Below, piece after piece: positions 22,246 through 31,902 of a stretch of DNA of 32,221 bases. The notes beneath the pieces are model-generated. The model was not told where the DNA came from and searched no databases. It was given only the letters and a program-made list of their open reading frames with translations. How positions within the stretch are numbered: the first letter of the stretch is position 1; every line of letters starts with the position of its first letter. The position numbers and the translations under genes were made by a program. The stretch lies in NCBI RefSeq assembly GCF_006345805.1, contig NW_021829604.1:1-32221 (forward strand), given 5' to 3'. This DNA comes from Octopus sinensis. Lineage: Eukaryota.

Positions 22246-23580
22246 GTTTTCGTTATTGCCCACATAGGCCTACATAGAACATACAGGGACGCAAATACAA
22301 ATGCACAAACGGACACAAACGGAAGGGTTTACCAAGCAAACATAAAAGAATAACAAAACAATTATCAATAAAATTAAACAAATACAATTCCCCAACAGGG
22401 GGGGGGGACTTCCAAAGGAAAACTGTGCAAACCCCACAGAAAATCACGGTTTCCCTGACCACTTAGGCAAGTACTTCCGCTCCCTTTTACTCCACTCAGG
22501 AGCGCATGCTCAGAGCTGGCCCCATCCCGTTCACACGAACCATGCTTGTCACTCTCGTTCCCCTTTCAATAAATTTGCTAGAAAGGAGCATCTCCCTCTC
22601 CACTCTGATCCGTCTCTTCAAGTGGAACCTCAAAAAGTTGATCAGAGATCTGCCAGAGAGGGAAGTGCTGGTCTTCGGTCCTTTCAGTCTTGCCCATCAC
22701 ACAGCCTCTTCCGTCGTGGCCACCCGGCAGATGAAAGCTGCCCGGCCTTCCTGACCAAAAGAAGAGGGCGGAGCAATCTTAACAGTAGTCTCGGTTGATA
22801 GTCGGATCCGTGCGACACGCGACAGTAAGTGCTCATCATAAATCCACACATCAGAAATTGTCGGACACTGGATGAGTGCGAGCAGAACGGCTTCATCGCT
22901 CCGCACACATCTCGGGCAATTCCGACTGACAGCACTTCCGTGCCTGTGGAGTTTATACTGAACTGACAACGCTCCCCGGTAGCAGGCCAAAGATTTTTGG
23001 AAGTTATCCAGAGGCCCCGGGCCAAAAGTCCTCCGGAAAAGATCGGTCAGTTGTTCCTCGTTGAAGTCCGGGGCCTCCTTAACGACGTCGTCACACCTAT
23101 CCTCCACTAAACTCCTACAGACCGTAAAGGTAGAATTTCTAGCCACTCGCCTCCCTCGGTCTCTCTGCTTGACCCAGGGTTGCATTTCCGTTAAGGAGAC
23201 GAATTGAGGAAAAGTGCGTCTAACTAAGGGCAACCACCCCTGCTAATTATCAAAGAAACGCTGGAGATGCTGCAGCCCCAGCGCCTGCCTGCGCATCAGC
23301 AACCATGGCATGCCTAGCCCTCCGTTCAGCAGCTGTTGACAAGTAGATAGACCGCCTGACAAGAGGAACGCGCCCCTTCCACAGAAAGCGAAAGAGTATA
23401 CACTCCAGCATCTTCAGGCGTGACTTGAGGCAAAGTACGACAGTCAGACGGCATTCAATGACGGATGCGACGTACATATTCGTCACATCCGCCCGACCTT
23501 TCAGGGACATTTTCATCTCAGTCCATTTCTGGGTGAGTTTGGCTACTTAGATCATTACCTTGTCCAAGTTCTTATCCACC
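22246..23580 (-). mobile_element. Tx1/L1-clade LINE ORF2 C-terminal part and 3' UTR, 5'-truncated, degraded
   Basis: SLKGRADVTNMYVASVI...FRFLWKGRVPLVRRSI and zinc-knuckle CPRCVRSDEAVLLALIQCP typical of L1/Tx1 ORF2; 3' UTR ends in (AAT)n at 22245. Confidence 0.85.
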
Positions 23581-24058
23581 TCAAAGACATTCATCATCTC
23601 GAAAGAGTCCAGAGGCTGGCTACCCGCATGGTTCTTGGTCTCAAGCATTTGTCTAATGAAGAAAGGCTGAAGACGCTCGACCGTTATCCTCTAGAAAAAC
23701 GACGACGTCGTAGTGATCTCATTCTTGCTCACAACATCATAAGCGGAAAGTGTAACTTCTCGAAAGAGCTGTTCTTCACTCCTGCTCCAGAGCGTCGGCT
23801 GCGGGGTCACTCCGAAAAGCTCTATCTGCAACGATTTCATCTCAATCGAAGGAGAGGGGCTTTCTCCGTCCGGGTTGCAGATCCGTGGAATAAGCTGCCG
23901 GACGAGATAGTGAAGATGCCGACGACCGCTCGGTTCAAAGTCTCCCTTGACCAGAAATGGCCTGAACTCTTTGCATGAACACCACTCTGTACATAACTCC
24001 ATGTCCCCCTATATGGCCTTGCTTTTTTGCTTTTTGAGCCCAAAAATTAACTTAACTT
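23581..24058 (+). mobile_element. CR1-clade LINE 3' end, 5'-truncated
   Basis: KDIHHLERVQRLATRMVLGLKHLSNEERLKTL...LEKRRRRSDLILAHNII...RLRGHSEKL...FSVRVADPWNKLP, the canonical CR1 ORF2 C-terminus; short 3' UTR ending in (AACTT)n. Confidence 0.92.
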
Positions 24059-24059
24059 A

Positions 24060-24325
24060 CTACATCGCTAAAGACATAATGACGAGATAATCTAAATTGG
24101 AGTTTCGTAATCATGGACATAAAAGCCAACATTTTGCCAGCTGCCATTTTCGTATCCTGCGTGTGAGATCGCAATGAGATCTTAAGGATATCACACGAGT
24201 ATCGTTGGTGGAATCGATCGAGACGTTGGATATGCTTGCAGTAAGCTGTCCAGGTTTTGCATCCGTACAACAGCACAGTTAAGGCACATGTTTGACAGAA
24301 CTCAAATTTCGTTGCCGCTTTGACG
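24060..24325 (-). mobile_element. RTE-clade LINE fragment
   Basis: VLLYGCKTWTAYCKHIQRLDRFHQRYSCDILKI resembles RTE LLYGCETW...HIK.LE.FHQRCLR.IL.I. Confidence 0.82.
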
Positions 24326-24334
24326 TCCGATCAC

Positions 24335-24735
24335 GAGTGGCTGTGTGGTAAGTAGCTTGTTTACCAACCACATGGTTTCGGGTTCAGCCCCACTGCGTGG
24401 CACCTTGGGCAAGTGTCTTCTATTATAGTCTCGGGCCAACCAAAGCCTTGTGAGTGGATTTGGTAGACAGAAACTGAAATAAGCCCGTCGTCTATATGTA
24501 TATATATACGTGTGTGCATGTATGTTTGTGTGTCTGTGTTTGTCCCCCTAGTATTGCTTGATAACCGATGCTGGTGTGTTTATGTCCCCGTCACTTAGCG
24601 GTTCGGCAAAAGAGACCGATAGAATAAGTACTGGGCTTACAAAGAATAAGTCCCGGGGTCGAGTTGCTCGACTAAAGGCGGTGCTCCAGCATGGCCGCAG
24701 TCAACTGACTGAAACAAGTAAAAGAGTAAAAGAGT
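24335..24735 (+). mobile_element. tRNA-derived SINE (family C), full length
   Basis: A-box TGGCTGTGTGGTAAG, B-box GGTTCAGCCC, CORE-like CACCTTGGGCAAGTG, central (TA/TG) linker, tail ending (GTAAAAGA)2. Partial copies at 26470-26615(-), 28683-28842(+), 30856-31080(-) and 31515-31672(-). Confidence 0.88.
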
Positions 24736-25107
24736 ATTATTGATGTTTCTATCCCCTGAAATAGGGGCCTGTCACTAATGGAGTGTCTATTTTGTCATTC
24801 CCTTTTCCTCAAAAAAAAAAATTCGGCCCTTCAAAGTCACTAACTGGCTTATACTGAGATCACGTGTTCGTGTGTCCATCATAATTCCTCACCTGTTAAC
24901 CATCCGTCGCTACGCTGCCGGGGACGACACAGGTAAGAGGAAATGCATCCTTCAGACGATTCCTACTGTAATGATCACGATGATAGAACCAGGGAGAACC
25001 TATTCTTTTTCTTGAAAGAAATTTTAATTCTATATCCACCCCCGCCCCGCAATCCAACACACACAAATACACACAGATACAAATACATACACACACACAC
25101 ACTTATG

Positions 25108-25143
<36 letters not shown>

Positions 25144-25232
25144 ATTTTTCTTTCAGCAACAACAACCTGTCACTATAGTGGAAGTTTTTTAAAGTTTGTG
25201 TTGATTTGTCTATGTATTGAGAAACATACATA

Positions 25233-25464
25233 TATTTCTTTACTACCCACAAGGGGCTAAACACAGAGGGGGACAAACAAGGACAGACAGAGGGATTAAG
25301 TCGATTAAATCGACCCCAGTGCATAACTGGTACTTAATTTATCGACCCCGAAAGGATGAAAGGCAAAGTCGACCTCGGCAGAATTTGAACTCAGAACGTA
25401 ACGACAGACGAAATACGGCTACACATTTCGCCCGGCGTGCTAACGGTTCTGCCAGCTCGCCGCC
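25233..25464 (-). mobile_element. SINE family A monomer
   Basis: 16-bp TSD TTGAGAAACATACATA at 25217-25232 and 25465-25480. Confidence 0.92.
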
Positions 25465-25480
25465 TTGAGAAACATACATA

Positions 25481-25590
25481 AGCACACACACACGCTCGCG
25501 CACACACACACGCTCGCGCACACACACACGCTCGCGCCACACACACACGCTCGCACACACACACACACGCTCGCGCACACACACAACAAT
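25481..25590. repeat. (GCTCGCGCACACACACAC)n minisatellite
   Basis: Direct reading, about 5 units of ~18 bp. Confidence 0.85.
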
Positions 25591-26168
25591 AAAATACCTA
25601 TATGTATCCATATAGTTACTTTTTGAAGTCTGTGTTGCGTTGTGTTGACAGACTTACACTTAAAGTTCCTGCGTTTTTAGCCAAACTTTTCAGTTACTAT
25701 AGTGAGAATACTACCCATCTACCTCTCTTTTACACACACACACACACACATACACACTCTATCTCTCACTGAGTTTCTCTTTTAACAACTGTTTCTGCCC
25801 TATTTTTTCCTCGATGCAAATATAAGTTGTGACAAGAGTTATTTCCCGTTCATTGTATTTTTTCTCTTAACAACAACTTTATCTTCTCCCTTTCTTCCCT
25901 CCATGTAAAAATACGTTGTGATAGGAGTTAACTCCCACTTTTCCTTCTCTTCTTACCAATCTCTACAAAGATGTTTTGACGCACAGACAGACGGAGATCA
26001 GCTTCTCTTGTCTAATATTGGCTCGAAGTGAACTCACTTCGGGTCAAGCTCGCCTCGAGCCAAGTTCCCTTCGAGCCAACATGTTTCAATGTAATTGGAC
26101 GTGATAACACCTTTTGTTGCAACAATAATCCCCGGGAGAAAATTTTCCCACCCGGTGTTATGTAAATA

Positions 26169-26405
26169 TCTATTTCTTTATTACCCACAAGGGGCTAAAC
26201 ACAGAGGGGGACAAACAAGGACAGACAAATGGATTAAGTCGATTATATCGACCCCAGTGCGTAACTGATACTTAATTTATCGACCCCGAAAGGATGAAAG
26301 GCAAAGTTGACCTCGGCGGAATTTGAACTCACAACGTAACGACAGACGAAATACGGCTACACATTTCACCCGTCGTGCTAACGTTTCTGCCAGCTCGCCG
26401 CCTTC
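26169..26405 (-). mobile_element. SINE family A monomer
   Basis: 14-bp TSD GTGTTATGTAAATA at 26155-26168 and 26406-26419. Confidence 0.92.
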
Positions 26406-26469
26406 GTGTTATGTAAATACCCTCTCTCTCTTTCGGAGAGGCACTGAGCACCTACACGCACACATACAC

Positions 26470-26615
26470 ACACGGCAGTAACTTCCGCCTGCCGAATTCA
26501 ATCACAAAGCTTCGGTCGGCTCGGGGGCCATAGTGGAAGGCACCTGCCCAAAGCGCCACGCAGTGGGACTGAACCCGAAACCATTTAACTAGGAAACAAG
26601 CTCCCTAACCACACA
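26470..26615 (-). mobile_element. SINE family C head fragment (diverged)
   Basis: Reverse complement contains GGTTCAGTCCCACTGCGTGGCGCTTTGGGCAGGTG, matching the 24335 element. Confidence 0.75.
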
Positions 26616-26862
26616 ATATTATTTTTGGCTGCCAGTGATGTCATTGACTTGTAGGACTTCCGCTTCATTGGGTCCATAGTAGATCCGCCATGTATGCTTG
26701 CTACGCGTAAGTGAAGTGTTGGGTTTGTCTATTTGCGTGTATGTTATTTTTATTCGACATTATCACTAATTAAAATTATAATCTTTAATTAGGTTCTTAA
26801 CATTGATTTTCGAGAACCAGTTTGTTCTAGCATAAAATATTAAATTGAAAATAGGTGAAAAT

Positions 26863-27112
26863 AGGTGGCACGTAAAAAGCACCATGCGATCGTGGCCGTT
26901 TGCCAGCCTCGTCTGGTACCTGTGCAGGTGGCACGTAAAAAGCACCCACTACACTCACGGAGTGGTTGGCGTTAGGAAGGGCATCCAACCTTAGAAACAC
27001 TGCCAGATCAGACTGGAGCCTGGCGCAGCCTCCTGGCTTCCCAGATCCCAGTTGAACCGTCCAACCCATGCTAGCATGGAAAGCGGACGCTAAACGATGA
27101 TGATGATGATGA
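26863..27112 (+). mobile_element. RTE-type LINE 3' end / RTE-tailed repeat
   Basis: Duplicated GGTGGCACGTAAAAAGCAC, then GGCGTTAGGAAGGGCATCCA...CCCATGCTAGCATGGAAAGCGGACGCTAAAC(GAT)n tail. Confidence 0.75.
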
Positions 27113-27220
27113 AATGAAAGATAAGTTCATCATGTGGAACAAGTGAACATGAAAGAAATAACAAGGATGTCTGATATTTTCTATTTTCTTCTTTTCCAGA
27201 TTTAATCTTCGCCTGAAAGT

Positions 27221-27411
27221 ATGTTCCGTCGCACAATGAAACTAATGCTGGCTTTTATGCTGACACTATACCTGAGATTATTTTCGGAGAGTCATGCCGT
27301 TCCAGATTTCTGCACTAAATGCAGGTGCAATGAGTTCCAGACTCAAATATCATGTGCATCTCTCAGACTGATTACGGTTCCACCAGCCATTCCCGTAAAT
27401 GTCGAATATTT
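27221..27411 (+). CDS. LRR protein, first coding exon: signal peptide + LRRNT cap
   Basis: Acceptor CTTTTCCAG ends at 27199; in-frame stop precedes the ATG; MFRRTMKLMLAFMLTLYLRLFSESHA (signal-like), then CTKCRC...ISCASLRLITVPPAIPVNVEYL (LRRNT C-x2-C-x-C-x8-C); phase-2 donor GTAAGT at 27412. Confidence 0.88.
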
Positions 27412-27488
27412 GTAAGTATTAAACAAATTTTACATCTTTTCCACAACAACCAATAATTTAAACTCTCATTGGTTCTTCTACCAACAAA

Positions 27489-27840
27489 TCTTTATATATA
27501 AAAGTGAAAAAAAAAATTTACCATCATTTTTTTCCATTTTAATGCATTTTTTCGCTATTATATAAGGGAAGTAACTCTCTAAAAATTTCTACGATGAGTC
27601 AACGATTTAAAAAAAAATTACCATCATTTTTTTCCATTTTAATGCATTGTTTTCGCTATTATATAAGGGAAGTAGCTCTCTAAAAATGTCTACGATGAGT
27701 CAACGATTTAAAAAAAAATTTACCATAATTTTTTTTCCATTTTTAATGCATTTTTTTGCTACTTTTTGGCTATAACTCTCTAAAAATGCTTTATAGTTAT
27801 TTCCCTTACAAACCCGAGCAACGCCGGGTGATACTGCTAG
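27489..27840 (+). mobile_element. Non-autonomous Helitron with internal ~92-bp tandem repeat (intronic)
   Basis: A^TCTTTATATATAAAAGT ... CCCGAGCAACGCCGGG hairpin, CTAG^T; about three internal copies of TTACCATCATTTTTTTCCATTTTAATGCA...GGGAAGTAACTCTCTAAAAA...CTACGATGAGTCAACGAT. Confidence 0.82.
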
Positions 27841-27859
27841 TACTTTATATTGTTGATCT

Positions 27860-28680
27860 CATCGTTTTAGACACCATGTCACCTGCCGCAAAACCTTCTT
27901 CGTCCGTAGCAAATCGACGACCTCATAAAGGATGTTTGAGCGGCCCCAGAGGTGAGATCTCTGTATACAAGGTGTTCTGGCAACTCGAAAGTCAATGGTT
28001 CCAACGATGTGGACGGCCATATGTGGGCATACGTTTGCGTGCAACAACAACACTCGTTTTGACAATGGACAGGCGGCGAGCTGGCAGAAACGTTAGCACG
28101 CCGGGCGAAATGCGTAGCCGTATTTCGTCTACCGTTACGTTCTGAGTTCAAATTCCGCCGAGGTCGACTTTGCCTTTCATCCTTTCGGGGGTCGATTAAA
28201 TAAGTACCAGTTACGCACTGGGATCGATGTAATCGACTTAATCCGTTTGTCTGTCCTTGTTTGTCTCCTCTGTGTTTAGCCCCTTGTGGGTAGAAAAGAA
28301 ATAGGTATTTCGTCTGCCGTTACGTTCTGAGTTCAAATTCCGCCGAGGTCGACTTTGCCTTTCATCTCCTTTCGGGGTCGATAAATTAAGTACCAGTTAC
28401 GCACTGGGGTCGATGTAATCGACTTAATCCGTTTGTCTGTCCTTGTTTGTCCACTCTATGTTTAGCCCCTTGTTGGTAGTAAAGAAGCAGTTTTGACAAT
28501 GGATTTCAGCATTTGATGCAAAGTGCTAATTTCCGTTTGCTGGCCAGCATTTCAATGAGGCCTACGCAGGTGACTATGAAGGCCTTTCCCAGGTAATGTT
28601 CCAGTATGGCCCTGCTGCGTTGCTTAAAAAACGGTCAACATAAACTTTTCTGTGGATTCTGAATTTCTTTTCTGTTGGCA
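27860..28680 (-). mobile_element. Degraded mariner transposase remnant, split by a SINE dimer
   Basis: Rejoined minus strand gives KFMLTVF...ILEHYLGK...SKRVLLLHANVCPHMAVHIVGT...TFELPEHLVY.RDL...GRRF, matching mariner KVMLTVFWD...LLHDNARPH...HPPYSPDL...GRRF, with stops and frameshifts. Confidence 0.75.
28072..28486 (+). mobile_element. SINE family A dimer
   Basis: 14-bp TSD GTTTTGACAATGGA at 28056-28069 and 28490-28503; internal junction AAAGAAATAG|GTATTTCGTC at ~28304. Confidence 0.92.
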
Positions 28681-28682
28681 CA

Positions 28683-28842
28683 GGCGAGGGCCGCATGGTA
28701 AAAAGCTTGCTTCCACACCACATGGGTCCGGGTTCAGTCTCACTGCCTGGTATATTGGGCAAGTGTCTTCTACTATTGCACTGGGCCGACCAAAGTCTTG
28801 TGATTGGATTTCATCGATGAAAACTGAAAGAAGCCTGTCGTA
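28683..28842 (+). mobile_element. SINE family C head fragment followed by (CA)n (28846-28903)
   Basis: GGTTCAGTCTCACTG...TTGGGCAAGTGTCTTCTACTA...GAAACTGAAAGAAGCCTGTCG. Confidence 0.78.
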
Positions 28843-28907
<65 letters not shown>

Positions 28908-28908
28908 G

Positions 28909-28945
28909 TGTTTAACGTTTCGAGCGGAGCTCTTCGTCGGAAACA
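28909..28945 (-). ncRNA. Minimal Penelope-type hammerhead ribozyme motif (U4C core variant)
   Basis: Minus strand TGTTT-CCGACGA-A-GAGC(TCC)GCTC-GAAA-CG-TT-AAACA: 5-bp stem I, 4-bp stem II, palindromic AACGTT stem III. Confidence 0.55.
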
Positions 28946-29272
28946 TAGGAAAAGGAAAGATCCAGAGAAGGGAAGACAGAGGAAAAAAATCGCCAACGGT
29001 ACACACGCGGTCACATTATATATATATATATGTATATATAAATTCGTATATATATATAGATAGAGATATATGTGTATATATATATACATGTATATGTATA
29101 TATACATATATATACATACATCAAATAAAATCAAAAACAGAACATGGAGGATATTTTATTTTATATATTCCCTCTCACCTCTGCCACTATCTGGAGTATA
29201 CAGGTGCTTACACTTATCAAGTATTCACCCTACATGCATATACACATACATGCATATACACACATACATATA

Positions 29273-29527
29273 TTGGATTGGTGCGTAATTATTGCGGCAT
29301 TTTTTCAACAAAGTTTTTATTCAACAGAAATAATAACGATATATTTAAGAAAAACATCTTTAAATGATGATCTGTCCGTCTGCCAAGCAAATGGGAAGCA
29401 GTAATTGAAGTAGATGGTGAATATGCTCCGGAATAATCATTTAAAGATGTTTTTGTTAAGTGTTGTTATTGTTTTTGTTGAGTAAAATTTGTTAAAAAAA
29501 AGCCGCAAAAATTATGCACCAACCCAA
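29273..29527 (+). mobile_element. Internally deleted mariner (MITE-like) with ~97-bp terminal inverted repeats
   Basis: TA-TTGGATTGGTGCGTAATTATTGCGGC ... GCCGCAAAAATTATGCACCAACCCAA-TA (Hsmar1-like TIR, TA TSD); core encodes LPSKWEAVIEVDGEYAPE*, a mariner transposase C-terminus. Confidence 0.85.
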
Positions 29528-29730
29528 TATATATATATATGTAAAGTACAGACAAGTATCGACCCATAGGAAATCCTATTAATATCAACCCTTATGAACA
29601 TTTCTTATTTTCTAGAAATATTATTGCATTCTATAATTTATATGAAACATAATTGCCTACCCTTGATATTAAATGTATTATCACAAAACTGCTGTGAACA
29701 ATATCGTATGAACTTAGTTTCATGTTACAG

Positions 29731-29802
29731 AAATCTGAAGAATAATAAAATCACAAATATTGGAGAACAAGTCTTCCAGAACCTTACCAATTTAAAGAAA
29801 CT
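29731..29802 (+). CDS. LRR protein, 72-nt phase-2 LRR exon
   Basis: TGTTACAG|A AAT CTG AAG AAT AAT AAA ATC...AAG AAA CT|GTAAGT; (L)NLKNNKITNIGEQVFQNLTNLKK(L) fits LxLxxNxLxxLxxxxFxxLxxL. Confidence 0.92.
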
Positions 29803-29934
29803 GTAAGTCCGATATAATATTAAATATTAACTGTCTCCCTTTCAATCCTTTCCGTTTTCTTTATCTGAGAATGTGTATGAGGGCATATATCTCTGAACAA
29901 AATTCAGTCTCCGTCCATCTACTTTTCACTTCCA

Positions 29935-30060
29935 TTCTTCTTCTTCTTCTTCTTCTTTCTTCTCTTCTTCTTCCTCTTCTTCTTCTTCTCTTCTTCTTCT
30001 TCTTCTTCTCTCTTCTTCTTCTTCTTCTTCTTCTTTCTTTTCTTCTTCTTCTTCTTATTA

Positions 30061-30095
<35 letters not shown>

Positions 30096-30384
30096 CATTG
30101 TTACTGTTATTTGTTATTATTATTAATAATATTATTATTATTATTAATAATAATATAATTATTATTATTATTATTAATTAATATTATTATTATTAATTAT
30201 TAATATTATTGTTACTATTATTTATTATTATTATTATTATTATTAATTATTATTATTATTATTATTGTTATAATTATTATTAGTCATTATTATTAATTAT
30301 TATTATTATTATTAATTATTATTATTATTATTAATTATCATTATTATTATTAATTATTATTATTATTAATTATCATTATTATTA

Positions 30385-30427
<43 letters not shown>

Positions 30428-30440
30428 TATTATTATTCAT
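29935..30440. repeat. (TTC)n followed by (ATT)n microsatellite tract
   Basis: Direct reading. Confidence 0.95.
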
Positions 30441-30738
30441 TTTTCTTTTTATTCTTTAACATGTATCCTTTTTATCCACCTCATCACCATTTTCTCCTCT
30501 TGCTCCAGCTCTTCCTCCACCACCTCCTCTTCCTCTCCCTCCTCCTCGACTGCCGAGACAAGCCATTCCTTTCATTTCGGAGTCAATAAATGAGTACCAG
30601 TTTCACACTGGACCCAATGTAGTGGATTTGCCCCTACCCCGGAATTGCTGTCCTTGTACTGAAATTTTAAACCGATATTTAATATTTTATCTCAAATCTG
30701 TTCTACCCCTTTTTTATAAACTCATCTTTATGTTAAAG

Positions 30739-30810
30739 AGAACTGAGGAATAACGAAATCCAGGAAATTGATGAACAAGCCTTCCATGACCTTACCAACT
30801 TAAAGGAATT
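30739..30810 (+). CDS. LRR protein, 72-nt phase-2 LRR exon
   Basis: TGTTAAAG|A GAA CTG AGG AAT AAC GAA ATC...AAG GAA TT|GTAAGT; (L)ELRNNEIQEIDEQAFHDLTNLKE(L). The gene continues beyond the window. Confidence 0.9.
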
Positions 30811-30855
30811 GTAAGTCGGATCACTCATGTTAACGCTATTTCATTGACGATATAC

Positions 30856-31079
30856 TCTTTACTCTTTACTCTTTTACTTGTTTCAGTCATTTGACTGCGG
30901 CTATGCTGGAGCACCACCTTTAATCGAGCAACTCGACCCCGGGACTTATTCTTTTTGTAAGCCCAGTACTTATTCTATCGGTCTCTTTTGCCGAACCGCT
31001 AAGTAACGGAGACATAAACACACCAGCATCGGTTGTCAAGCAATGCTGGGGGACAAAGACAGACCCACAAACACACATG

Positions 31080-31080
<1 letters not shown>
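30856..31080 (-). mobile_element. SINE family C 3' half, followed by (TA)n 31083-31153
   Basis: Reverse complement of 24540-24735. Confidence 0.85.
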
Positions 31081-31157
<77 letters not shown>

Positions 31158-31209
31158 TGTCTTGACACAGAGAGGTGGGGTTAGTTTTTCAGTTTGCATC
31201 TCGATGATC

Positions 31210-31286
31210 GAATGTACTGATGAAGTCACGGACATTTTAATTATTAAGTAATTCTTCTGTTAAGACCGAAACCGAGGTATGCATTT
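31210..31286 (+). ncRNA. Type I hammerhead ribozyme motif with long stem II (Penelope-like), intronic, sense to the LRR gene
   Basis: Stem I GAATGTA(31210-16)/TGCATTT(31280-86); CTGATGA 31217-23; stem II GTC...GAC; GAAA 31268-71; stem III ACC-GA-GGT; GUA triplet 31277-79. Confidence 0.6.
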
Positions 31287-31469
31287 AAGTCTGTTTTTTA
31301 TTTAAATTTTCATATGTCCTGCCCGCCAAATTTGGTTCTGGTGTTCGCTGAATTTTCCTCTAGAGAATTTCCCTGTAGTTTTGATCGTTGATTATCTTCT
31401 TCTAGCATTCGGCCGGCTACTTAGCAGGCCAGCCCTGCCTATATATACATATATATATATAATATATTA

Positions 31470-31512
<43 letters not shown>

Positions 31513-31514
31513 TA

Positions 31515-31672
31515 TGACGGCTTCTTTCAGTTTTCGTCTACCAAATCCACTCACAAGGCTTTGGTCAGCCCAAGGCTATACTAGAAGACACTTGCCCAAG
31601 GTGCCACGCAGCGGGACTGAACCCGGAACCATGTGGTTGGTTAGCAAGCTACTTACCACACAGCCACTCCTG
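31515..31672 (-). mobile_element. SINE family C head half
   Basis: Reverse complement reads GAGTGGCTGTGTGGTAAGTAGCTTGCTAACCAACCACATGGTTCCGGGTTCAGTCCCGCTGCGTGGCACCTTGGGCAAG. Confidence 0.88.
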
Positions 31673-31902
31673 CGCCTATATGTATTCACCTCCAAATATT
31701 AAAAGTCTTCCTTACCTTTTTCTCTCTCCCCTATTTGCTTCGTCCCCATATAAGTGTGTATGGTGGTGTATCTCTCTCTACTACATTCACTCCTTGTCCC
31801 TCATCTTCCTTCGTCCCACACGTTTATTGTCTCTCCCTTCTTTACATATTCTCCCTTGTATTTCCTCATCTTCGACATTTCTTTCTCTTCCTTCTTATAA
31901 TA

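Noticed and set aside
28773-29404. Cluster of overlapping ORFs rich in Y/I/C/V/T/H
   Set aside because: Translations of (CA)n and (TA)n microsatellites and adjacent transposon fragments.
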